A stretch of 64,000 nt of DNA, taken from assembly GCA_002315325.1 (NCBI GenBank), contig DCGU01000020.1, positions 84 through 64,083 of the forward strand, read 5' to 3'. Below the pieces are notes generated by a model. That model was not told where the DNA came from. It ran no database searches and saw nothing but the letters and a program-made list of their open reading frames with translations. The DNA is from Clostridiales bacterium UBA1770. Its GTDB lineage: Bacteria; Bacillota; Clostridia; Oscillospirales; CAG-272. This document shows positions 15,834 to 24,316 of this stretch, one piece after another. Made by a program: the position numbers and the translations under genes. The number at the start of each line of letters is the position of its first letter. Position 1 is the stretch's first letter.

Positions 15834-17441
15834 ATGGATTTATCGCATTTCAGCCTTTTATATCCGGATGAAGAATCCCAGCGCGACCACTTTGAGGGGC
15901 GTTCCGTACCCGATATCGATATGTTCACGCTGCAGGAGTTGGGCCTTTTGGAACAGTTCACGTTGAAGAACAGCGAACTGGCCGAATATTTGACAATGGA
16001 CCCTGCCGTGATGAAATACCGCCGGGAAACCTTTGGCGATATGCTGGAAACCGAATCCATTGCCGATACGCTCAATCGGTTGATGCCGGTGCTCGGCGAT
16101 ATTATGGAGTTGCGCCGCATGGAATCGGAAAACGGCGACACGACCAACTACCTGCTCTCCATCAGTGAAATTGAATTGTATATTTCCTGCATTGATATCC
16201 TGCACGCAGGCCTAACCGAAGCACGTCCCCACCTGCACAGCCGCGCATTCCTGACACTGTGCGACAGAATTAAGGAATTAGCGGAAAGCGACTATTATAA
16301 AGAACTGAACCGCAAGCTCAGCGAGCTCACGCAGCGTGTACGTGAAATCAGTTCGGTCACCATCGGCGTCAACCTGGATGCGCAACTGCGTCCGCGCGAA
16401 GCCGGCGTACTGTCCATCAATGCAACCCCCTTTAAATCCGGCGACACCATCGACAAGATTCTGCACCTGAACTTTAAGAGTGACGAATATACCTGTATTG
16501 CCAACCTGGTTCCTTTCGGACGCAAGCAATCGGAAAACGAAAAGACGGCACTGACATTGGCTTTTAATTCCGCCATCAATGACGTCTACAAGCAGTCGCT
16601 GCGTTCCTGGAAACAGATTGTGCAGTCCTACGTACTGGAAAACACCGATTTCCTGCTCAACATGGTACCCGAAATGGAACTGCTGGTGCGCGGCAGCGAC
16701 TTTTTGCGCCGTTTGCGTGACAAAGGATGCCATTTGACGGAACCGGACGTTCGCCCCTTAAACGAGCGTGCCTTCAATGCAAAAGACTTGTACAACCCCT
16801 GCGTGGCACTGAAAATTACGGGCGACATCGTGGGCAACGACGTCAATTTTGATGAGAATGCCGGCATTTACGTGCTGACAGGTCCCAACCGCGGCGGTAA
16901 ATCGGTTATTACCTGCGCCATCGGTTTGTGCCAGGTCATGCTGCAGCTGGGTATGTTTGTACCGGCCGAGCACTTGACCATCAGCCCGGCAGACGCCATT
17001 TTCACACACTTCCCCACCGGTGCCGACGATACCATCGACAAGGGGCGCCTGGGCGAAGAGTGCGCGCGTTTGTCCGAAATCTTCCAAAATATCACCCCTG
17101 CAAGCTTGGTGCTTTTGGATGAATCACTGTCCTCCACCGGTTCCTTCGAAGCTGCGTACATTGCATCCGAAGTACTGGCAGGACTGGCCCGCGTCGGCTG
17201 CCGCTGCCTGTTCTCCACGCATCTGCACGAGCTGGCTGCCAAGATTGATGAACTCAATGCCCAATCGGTTGCGGCAGGCGGTGTTCGTATTGACACTTTG
17301 GTTGCCGGTATCGAGGAAGAAGGCAGACGTTCCTTTAAGATTCTGCGTGCCATACCGGACGGCAAGAGCTACGCCCGTGACATTGCGCAGCGCTATGGAC
17401 TGACGTACGACAACATCATTAAAATGATTGGAAAACAGTAA
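15834..17441 (+). CDS. MutS-related ATPase (MutS domain V only, no mismatch-binding domain)
   Basis: It carries LTGPNRGGKSV (Walker A), LVLLDESLSSTGSFEA (Walker B) and FSTHLHELA. No GxFYE-type domain I is present. The ATG at 15834 has a GAGAGG SD. Confidence 0.8.
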   Translation: MDLSHFSLLYPDEESQRDHFEGRSVPDIDMFTLQELGLLEQFTLKNSELAEYLTMDPAVMKYRRETFGDMLETESIADTLNRLMPVLGDIMELRRMESENGDTTNYLLSISEIELYISCIDILHAGLTEARPHLHSRAFLTLCDRIKELAESDYYKELNRKLSELTQRVREISSVTIGVNLDAQLRPREAGVLSINATPFKSGDTIDKILHLNFKSDEYTCIANLVPFGRKQSENEKTALTLAFNSAINDVYKQSLRSWKQIVQSYVLENTDFLLNMVPEMELLVRGSDFLRRLRDKGCHLTEPDVRPLNERAFNAKDLYNPCVALKITGDIVGNDVNFDENAGIYVLTGPNRGGKSVITCAIGLCQVMLQLGMFVPAEHLTISPADAIFTHFPTGADDTIDKGRLGEECARLSEIFQNITPASLVLLDESLSSTGSFEAAYIASEVLAGLARVGCRCLFSTHLHELAAKIDELNAQSVAAGGVRIDTLVAGIEEEGRRSFKILRAIPDGKSYARDIAQRYGLTYDNIIKMIGKQ

Positions 17442-17458
17442 ACGTTCCCGATTGACAT

Positions 17459-17494
17459 AAAGAAAGCCGCGGATTTTCATCCGCGGCTTTCTTT
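17459..17494. terminator. Bidirectional intrinsic terminator between convergent genes
   Basis: AAAGAAAGCCGCGG-attttcat-CCGCGGCTTTCTTT has A/T runs on both sides. Confidence 0.7.
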
Positions 17495-18503
17495 ATGCCA
17501 TGGTTTCCAGCATTTTCTCGGTCACGCCGTATTTTAACGGTTTTCCGGCGATAAAAGATTCAAATTCATCATAAATATACTCACCCATACGATGCACTTC
17601 ATACCCGATGGACCCGGCCATATGCGGCGTCAAAATGACGTTTTTCAGGGTATAGAGTTCGCTGCCTGCAGCAGGCGGTTCCGGCCAGGTAACGTCCAAA
17701 ACGGCGGCACGGGTCGGTTTTTCCTTCATGGCGGCAATCAGGTCGGCTTCCACAACCTGCGCACCGCGGCCGGTGTTGATAAAGACGGCACGCTCTCCCA
17801 TTTGAGAGAAGCACTTTTTATCAATCATGCCGACGGTTTGGGGATTATTGGCCAAGTGGTTGGAAATGACGTTACAGCGGCGGAAGAGCTCCGGCAGCTG
17901 TTCGACTTTTTCCACACCGAGTTCCGCTGCTTTTTCATCCGAGAGGAACGGGTCGAATACCAGAACCTTCACGCGGAAATTTTTGAGCAGTTGGATGACC
18001 ATTTTACCGATCATGCCGGCGCCGATGATACCGACTTCGTTATCAAACGTGCCGGGATAGGGCTTGCCGAAATCGTGCTCAACCCAGGTGTCGCCCGTAA
18101 CGTGCATGGTTTGGAAGAAGCCCTTATTGGCCAAAATGATTTCGGAAATTGTCGTTTCGGCCACGGGAACGGCGTTTGCCCCCCAGGCAGAGATAATCTG
18201 CACGCCGTTATGCATAAACGGACGGGCAAAATACTGCACGGTACCGGCGGCGTAAAAGATTGCCTTTAAGTTGGGCAGCCATTCCCGCACCTGCTCCTCA
18301 GATAATTCCGCCATACCCCAGGTGGAAAAAATATAATTGACGTTCTTCAAAGCGCTGCGGTCTGTATCGGGCGCCAGTACGTATTCCTTGGGATAATACG
18401 TGGGCAGCATATCCAATTCATTGGCCAATTTTGCCTGAATTTCGTCGCTGTAGGCGTAATCAATTCCCTCTTTACTGCCGAAATAAGCACCGATTTCTTT
18501 CAT
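17493..18503 (-). CDS. D-isomer-specific 2-hydroxyacid dehydrogenase family protein
   Basis: It has the Rossmann motif VGIIGAGMIGKMV and a catalytic-region NTGRG...TPHMAG. Its start overlaps the nrdR stop (ATGA). Confidence 0.85.
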   Translation of the reverse strand: MKEIGAYFGSKEGIDYAYSDEIQAKLANELDMLPTYYPKEYVLAPDTDRSALKNVNYIFSTWGMAELSEEQVREWLPNLKAIFYAAGTVQYFARPFMHNGVQIISAWGANAVPVAETTISEIILANKGFFQTMHVTGDTWVEHDFGKPYPGTFDNEVGIIGAGMIGKMVIQLLKNFRVKVLVFDPFLSDEKAAELGVEKVEQLPELFRRCNVISNHLANNPQTVGMIDKKCFSQMGERAVFINTGRGAQVVEADLIAAMKEKPTRAAVLDVTWPEPPAAGSELYTLKNVILTPHMAGSIGYEVHRMGEYIYDEFESFIAGKPLKYGVTEKMLETMA

Positions 18504-18997
18504 AATTTATCTCCTGTTGTTGCCTTTTTGGATTTTTTCGTTTTGGCCGACGTTGGCTTTTTCTGCAGCGTATGCAAAGCGGACAGGAAAGTTTCCACGT
18601 CTTTAAATTCACGATAAACCGACGCAAACCGAACGTAGGAAACCTCATCCCGCTCACGCAGTTTTTCCATCACCATCTCACCGAGTTCGCCGCTGGTGAT
18701 TTCGGTACGCATACTGTTTTGGATTTCGTTTTCAATTTCGGTCACCAGCTCCTCGGCATCGACGGGCCGCTTTTGCGTTGCCTTTAAGACACCGGATAAC
18801 AATTTCTGGCGGTCGAAAATCTCCTTCGTGCCGTTCTTTTTGACAACGATGGGCTGCACGGTTTCAACGATTTCATAGGTATTGAAGCGCCGCTGGCAAG
18901 CGATGCATTCACGGCGGCGGCGAATACTGTTGCCGCCTTCCACGGGACGGGAATCAATAACGCGGCTTTCGGGTGTGCCGCAAAACGGACATTTCAT
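18500..18997 (-). CDS. nrdR: transcriptional repressor NrdR
   Basis: MKCPFCGTPESRVIDSRPVEGGNSIRRRRECIACQRRFNTYE is the Zn ribbon, followed by an ATP-cone. Confidence 0.95.
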   Translation of the reverse strand: MKCPFCGTPESRVIDSRPVEGGNSIRRRRECIACQRRFNTYEIVETVQPIVVKKNGTKEIFDRQKLLSGVLKATQKRPVDAEELVTEIENEIQNSMRTEITSGELGEMVMEKLRERDEVSYVRFASVYREFKDVETFLSALHTLQKKPTSAKTKKSKKATTGDKL

Positions 18998-19041
18998 ATC
19001 GATTTCCTCTCCTTATTTATCGTGCTGTTTTCAAATCAAAA

Positions 19042-19896
19042 TCAGTTTTTGCCGTAGCGTTCGGCTGCCGTCAGCGTATTGCGCATCAGCATCGTAATGG
19101 TCATGGGCCCTACACCGCCGGGAACGGGCGTGATAAAGGAGACCTTGGGTTCCACCGAGGCAAAATCCACGTCACCGCACAATTTACCCTCGGCGTTGCG
19201 GTTCATACCGACGTCAATGACAACGGCGCCTTCCTTCACCATATCCCCGGTGATCATGCCGGCACGGCCGACCGCCACAACGAGGACGTCTGCCGTACGC
19301 GTCACGGCACCGAGATCCGGCGTTTTGCTGTGTGCAATCGTTACGGTACCGTTGGCCTGCAGCAGCAGCATTGCCTGGGGTTTGCCGACAATATTGGACC
19401 GTCCCACCACCACACAATTCTTGCCGGAAACGGATACGCCGCTGCGTTTCAGCAGTTCCATCACACCGGCGGGCGTGCAGGGCAAAAACGTGTAATCACC
19501 GATCATAATATGGCCGACGTTGGTCGGATGGAACGCATCGACGTCCTTTTTGGGGTCAATATGCAGCAAAATCGCATTACTGTCCAAATGCGCCGGCAGG
19601 GGCAGCTGCACCAAGATACCGTGGATTTTAGGGTTGGCATTCAGTTCATCCACCAAACCTTCCAGCTGTTTTTGCGAGGTTTCGGCGGGGAGTTCGTAGG
19701 TTTCCGAATAGAAACCGATTTCTTCGCACGCCTTTTTCTTATTGCGAACGTAGACCTGTGAGGCGGGGTCCTCACCGACGATAATGACGGCAAGACCGGG
19801 GGTGATTCCCTTCTCTGCCTGAAGTTTGCGGCATTCTTCCGCCATTTCCGCGCGCATATCGGCGGAAATCTGTTTTCCGTTGATTAATTGTGCCAT
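19042..19896 (-). CDS. folD: bifunctional methylenetetrahydrofolate dehydrogenase/methenyl-THF cyclohydrolase
   Basis: 284 aa. The sequence has LAVIIVGEDPASQVYVRNKKKACE...GILVQLPLP...VVVGRSNIVGKP...PVPGGVGPMT. Confidence 0.95.
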   Translation of the reverse strand: MAQLINGKQISADMRAEMAEECRKLQAEKGITPGLAVIIVGEDPASQVYVRNKKKACEEIGFYSETYELPAETSQKQLEGLVDELNANPKIHGILVQLPLPAHLDSNAILLHIDPKKDVDAFHPTNVGHIMIGDYTFLPCTPAGVMELLKRSGVSVSGKNCVVVGRSNIVGKPQAMLLLQANGTVTIAHSKTPDLGAVTRTADVLVVAVGRAGMITGDMVKEGAVVIDVGMNRNAEGKLCGDVDFASVEPKVSFITPVPGGVGPMTITMLMRNTLTAAERYGKN

Positions 19897-19930
19897 CGTC
19901 GTACTCCTTACGATATGATATCAAATTCCG

Positions 19931-21418
19931 TTATTTTTTATCCGTTTCGGACGCATCGTCGTCATCAAACATAAAGCGCTGAATGGCAGACGTTAATTCC
20001 TCTGCCGTGGCACCGTCACCCTCCGAAGCATCGTCATATTCGTCCGTTTCAGCGGTATCGGCAGCCTTTTGTCTAATGGTTGCTGCAGGTCTGCGCGTGA
20101 TAACGGCAGCGGCATCAATTTCAGGGATTTCTTCCGCCTCATCCGCTTCGGTCTTTTCGGGTTCAACAGTTTCAACAGGTTCAACGGTCTCAATGGTTTC
20201 AATCGGCGCCGTCGTATCCGCGGTTTCTGTCGATTCAACCGTTTCCGCCGTTTCAAGAACGTCTGACGGTGCCTGTTCGGCAACGTCGGAAACGGTTTCT
20301 GCCGTTTCGTCGGGGGCCGCATTGACGGTTTCAACGGTTTCGTTTGTCAGCAGTTCTTCCGCGTCAGTTGCGGGGAGCGCCGCTTCGGCTGCATCAGCTG
20401 CGCCGACTTCATTTGTCGTTTCAACGCTTTCTGCTTCATTGACGGTTGCTGCTTCTGCAGCGGCCACGTCTGCAGATGCTTGTTCGGTGTCGGCGACGCG
20501 TGACATTACGTCATCTTCCCGGGAGGTTATTGCCTGTTCAGCCGCTGCACGCGTATCATCAACCGGTTCCGTCGGCTCATTCTTTTTCTTTCCGCTCTTG
20601 ATAAAGCCGGCAATCAGTACGATCAAAGCACCGAAGAAGCATAGGAAACCGACCCACTGGGAAATGCGGATATTGGTATTGCCGAGATACAAACTGTCCG
20701 TACGGAGTTGTTCAATCCAAAAACGGCCGAACCCGTACCAGGCAAGATAACTGAAGAAAATCTGGCCGCGGAATTTACGACGTTTATACGTGGCGTTAAT
20801 CCAAATAAAGCCGAGCAAATTCCACAGGGACTCGTACAGGAACGTGGGGTGCACGTACGCCATAATACTGCCCGTGAAATCGTTGGGGGAAAGCCCCATA
20901 CGGAAATAATACAGAAAACTGTCTTCACTCACCAAGCCGCCGTAGGCTTCGCCGTTGAAGAAATTGCCCCAACGTCCCATAGCCTGCGCAACCATACAGC
21001 CGGGCGCGGCAAAATCGAACGCGGCAAGCGGATTTTTCTTTTTGACCAAACAGCAAATGATAAGTCCTATCGCACCGCCGATAATGCCGCCGTAGATGGC
21101 CAGGCCGCCGTTCCATATGGCGATGACGTCGTAAAACGATTGGTATTTTCCCTGCCCCAGCGTGTTGAGCACGTAATAAATGCGTGCGCCCAGGACACCG
21201 GGCACAATGACGCACAGTGCCAAGTCAACCACGTCGTCCAGGGTAAAGCCGTCCATTTTACACCGATACAGTGCATAAAAGACGGCAAACAACATGCCGA
21301 GCGTGATGACGATCCCGTACCAGCGTACGTCACGGCCGAAGAGGCTGAACGCCACCTTATTGACGGTAAATTCCCCGATTCCAAGCCCCGGGAAAGACAT
21401 CGTTACAAGAGTATCCAT
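19931..21418 (-). CDS. lgt: prolipoprotein diacylglyceryl transferase with ~220-aa acidic low-complexity C-terminal extension
   Basis: The N-terminal ~275 aa form the Lgt core (RWYGIVITLGMLFA, GGLAIYGGIIG, GRWGNFFNGEAYG, HPTFLYESLWN). The remainder is an A/E/T/D/V-rich tail. Confidence 0.9.
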   Translation of the reverse strand: MDTLVTMSFPGLGIGEFTVNKVAFSLFGRDVRWYGIVITLGMLFAVFYALYRCKMDGFTLDDVVDLALCVIVPGVLGARIYYVLNTLGQGKYQSFYDVIAIWNGGLAIYGGIIGGAIGLIICCLVKKKNPLAAFDFAAPGCMVAQAMGRWGNFFNGEAYGGLVSEDSFLYYFRMGLSPNDFTGSIMAYVHPTFLYESLWNLLGFIWINATYKRRKFRGQIFFSYLAWYGFGRFWIEQLRTDSLYLGNTNIRISQWVGFLCFFGALIVLIAGFIKSGKKKNEPTEPVDDTRAAAEQAITSREDDVMSRVADTEQASADVAAAEAATVNEAESVETTNEVGAADAAEAALPATDAEELLTNETVETVNAAPDETAETVSDVAEQAPSDVLETAETVESTETADTTAPIETIETVEPVETVEPEKTEADEAEEIPEIDAAAVITRRPAATIRQKAADTAETDEYDDASEGDGATAEELTSAIQRFMFDDDDASETDKK

Positions 21419-21444
21419 ATTTAATCCTTTCCGAAAACGTACCG

Positions 21445-22845
21445 TTACAACGTCACGCCGTTTTTGAAGACGGCGATATCACGGTATCCGTTCTTTTCAT
21501 TACAGGCAGACTGACCGCCTGCCACACGTAAAATCAGCTGCCAAAGGTCGTCTGTTCCTTCTGCAGACACCCCGTCTGCAGCATTGAAATCAATCCACCC
21601 CGGTTTCATTTCATACAGTGCCGCATTGGTCGCGATTTTGACCGTGGGCACACAGGTACCGAAGGGCGTACCGCGCCCCGTGGAGAACAAAATGATTTGA
21701 CATCCGGCAGCCGCCAAAGCCGTTGAGGATACCATATCGTTGCCGGGGGCGCAAAGGAGCGAAAGTCCCGCTTTGGTGACACGTTCCCCGTATTCCAGTA
21801 CGGCATCGACGGGTGCACTGCCGCTTTTTTGGGTACAACCGAGTGATTTTTCCTCCAGCGTTGTAATACCGCCAGCGTGATTGCCCGGCGATGGGTTTTC
21901 ATAAACGGGCTGCCCCGCCGCCGAGAAATAATTTTTGAAGTCGTTAATCATTTGACAAAGGCTGTCGAAAACCTGCCGCGTACGGCATCGATTCATCAAC
22001 AGATGCTCGGCACCGAACATCTCGGGTACCTCGGTCAACACGGCGGCGCCGCCCTGCGCAATCACTCTGTCCGTGATGCGGCCGATAAGCGGGTTGGCCG
22101 TAATACCGGAAAAGCCGTCCGAACCGCCGCATTTCAGCCCAATCCGCAGGGCGGCGGTTGATACCGGCTCTCGTTTATCCTTTGCCAGCAGCGCTGCCAA
22201 TTCAGCCAATATTGCCATGGCGGCAGCCTTTTCATCCGGCACGTCCTGTGCCGACAAAAAGCGGATGCGCGCCGGGTCATACTCCCCGAGTGCAGCGACC
22301 TGGGCGCTCATCACGTTATTTTCGCAGCCGAGTCCCAACAACAGCACACCGCCGGCATTGGGATTGTGCGCAAGCGAAGCGATGAGTCTGCGTGTGTGCG
22401 TCAAATCATCCCCCAATTGCGAGCAGCCGTAAGGATGCGGAAACGCATAGGTTTCCGCCCACAACGCCCCGCGCGCCGCCTCGGCCAGTTTTGCGGCCAA
22501 GCCGTTGATGCAGCCAACCGTCGGGATAATCCAAATTTCATTACGGATTCCCACCTGCCCGTCGGCACGAACGTAGCCGGGAAAAGTATCTGCAGGCAAC
22601 CGCGGCAAATCCGAAAAAGAAGGAGAATATTCATATTTTTGCGTGCCGGACAGTGCTGTTTTTAAATTTTCCGTATGAACGGCCTGCCCTGCGGCAATCG
22701 GTTGCGAAGCGACGCCGATGGGATTCCCGTACTTGATAACGGGACAACCGATATCCATATCGCAAAGGGCGATTTTATGTCCTGCGTGCGGGCCGTCGGT
22801 TTGTACAGCCACGTTATCACAGGGATGAATTTGAACCGTCTTCAT
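21445..22845 (-). CDS. uxaA: altronate dehydratase (UxaA family, SAF + GD_AH_C)
   Basis: 466 aa. It has an N-terminal SAF-like domain (IHPCDNVAVQ...GHKIAL) and a C-terminal UxaA dehydratase core. It is adjacent to uxaB with an ATGA overlap. Confidence 0.9.
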   Translation of the reverse strand: MKTVQIHPCDNVAVQTDGPHAGHKIALCDMDIGCPVIKYGNPIGVASQPIAAGQAVHTENLKTALSGTQKYEYSPSFSDLPRLPADTFPGYVRADGQVGIRNEIWIIPTVGCINGLAAKLAEAARGALWAETYAFPHPYGCSQLGDDLTHTRRLIASLAHNPNAGGVLLLGLGCENNVMSAQVAALGEYDPARIRFLSAQDVPDEKAAAMAILAELAALLAKDKREPVSTAALRIGLKCGGSDGFSGITANPLIGRITDRVIAQGGAAVLTEVPEMFGAEHLLMNRCRTRQVFDSLCQMINDFKNYFSAAGQPVYENPSPGNHAGGITTLEEKSLGCTQKSGSAPVDAVLEYGERVTKAGLSLLCAPGNDMVSSTALAAAGCQIILFSTGRGTPFGTCVPTVKIATNAALYEMKPGWIDFNAADGVSAEGTDDLWQLILRVAGGQSACNEKNGYRDIAVFKNGVTL

Positions 22846-24200
22846 CCGCGTTCGCCTCCGTTCATTTGTGCCATACTGCTGCGCACGCCGTACGTTTCCA
22901 TGGCATACAAAAAGGCTTCAACGTCTTTTTTCATGAACGAGAGATCGCGCCCCCACAAATCCGCATCTGCAAGCAAATCGGCAAGCGGCAGATTTTTCAT
23001 TTTCTCTACGGCCGCCGGCGTGTCGTCACTGAACCCGCCCCGATACAATTGAATCAACGCAGCCAGTGAAAAGGTCAAGTGCGGCGGCAAAGTACCGCAG
23101 GCGGCGTATGCATCCGCAAGCGTCGGTAAAATACGCGCCCGCCATTTGGAGATACTGTTCATACAAATAGCCGACAGGCGATGGGCAATATAGGGGTTAT
23201 CGAAACGGCAAATAACGTCCTGTGCGAATGCCTGCAATTCGGCACGCGGCAGCGTCATTGTCGGAATAATTTCATCTTCAAGCGTGTGCATAAGCCAGGG
23301 ACGAATCACGTCATCGTGCATGGCTTGGTACACGGTTTCATAACCGCACAGCAGTGCGGCCGGAACGAATGCGGTATGCGCACCGTTTAAAATGCGCACT
23401 TTGCGCGTTTTGTACGGGGTTACGTCGGGCACGAACTTCACGTTTAATCCTGCTTCGGCAAACGGCAATGCACGTGCCAGTGTCTCGTCCCCTTCAATCA
23501 CCCACAAATGGAACCATTCGCAGGTATCCAAACAGTTGTCAACGTACCCGAGCTTTTGCCACTCGGCTTCGGCACTGTCTTTCGGGAACCCGGTAACGAT
23601 ACGGTCAACCAGGGTATTGTGAAATACGTTTTGCGTTTCAATCCAATGCACACATGCGGGGGAAAACGCAAAATCCGCGGCATATTGCAAAATACAGCTG
23701 CGCAATGCGGCGGCGTTATTGTCGATTAATTCGCACGGGAGAAAGTCGAATCCCGGCATTCCGGCTTCAAAACGCGCCTGCAGCAAGCGCGCCATACGGG
23801 ACGGAAACGTTTCCTGCCCCTTGACGTATTCAATACCGGCCTCCGTCGTATTGGAAACGATAAAACGCAGCGCGGGATTGTGCACAACGGTCTCCATCCA
23901 ATTATCCTGCACGTAAGGATTCACGGTTCGGACGATGCTTTCCACAACCACCGTTTCTTCACGAGCCTGTCCTGCATCGTTGCCGTGCATACACAGCGTG
24001 AACAGACCGTCCTGTTCCTGCAGTTCGGCACAGTGCCCGCCGGCACGCGGTTGAACGACAACAACACCGAAGTCACCGCCCTGCTCTTTATTCAGTTTAT
24101 CAAACATCCAATCCACAAACCCGCGCAGAAAAACGCCCTCCCCGATTTGGAGGATACGTTCCGTCAGTTTTGCGGGAATCGTGCGGTGCAGAGCAACCAT
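22842..24200 (-). CDS. uxaB: tagaturonate reductase / altronate oxidoreductase (mannitol dehydrogenase family)
   Basis: ILQIGEGVFLRGFVDWM... is the mannitol-DH N-terminus. The start was set at the ATG at 24200 (AAGGAG SD). It is translationally coupled to uxaA. Confidence 0.85.
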   Translation of the reverse strand: MVALHRTIPAKLTERILQIGEGVFLRGFVDWMFDKLNKEQGGDFGVVVVQPRAGGHCAELQEQDGLFTLCMHGNDAGQAREETVVVESIVRTVNPYVQDNWMETVVHNPALRFIVSNTTEAGIEYVKGQETFPSRMARLLQARFEAGMPGFDFLPCELIDNNAAALRSCILQYAADFAFSPACVHWIETQNVFHNTLVDRIVTGFPKDSAEAEWQKLGYVDNCLDTCEWFHLWVIEGDETLARALPFAEAGLNVKFVPDVTPYKTRKVRILNGAHTAFVPAALLCGYETVYQAMHDDVIRPWLMHTLEDEIIPTMTLPRAELQAFAQDVICRFDNPYIAHRLSAICMNSISKWRARILPTLADAYAACGTLPPHLTFSLAALIQLYRGGFSDDTPAAVEKMKNLPLADLLADADLWGRDLSFMKKDVEAFLYAMETYGVRSSMAQMNGGERG

Positions 24201-24254
24201 AGACTTCTCCTTTTCAATTTGTGCCGACCTATCGGCAGCGTCATTCATAAAACA

Positions 24255-24285
24255 AGGGGCACCTGCTATTGAAACAAGTGCCCCT
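24255..24285 (-). terminator. Intrinsic terminator after ispH::S1
   Basis: AGGGGCAC-N15-GTGCCCCT is followed on the minus strand by TGTTTTAT. Confidence 0.5.
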
Positions 24286-24316
24286 ATTCGTGCCGTTCGG
24301 CACCGATTATTGCATT

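Noticed and set aside
19983-20750. 255-aa Ser/Ala/Val-rich plus-strand ORF
   Set aside because: It is the mirror image of the acidic low-complexity Lgt tail. The repetitive composition keeps the antisense frame open.
21445-24200. uxaA-uxaB as a horizontally acquired island
   Set aside because: It is embedded between lgt and ispH with tight spacing and no repeats or mobility genes. Only uxaC shows insertion-like repeats.
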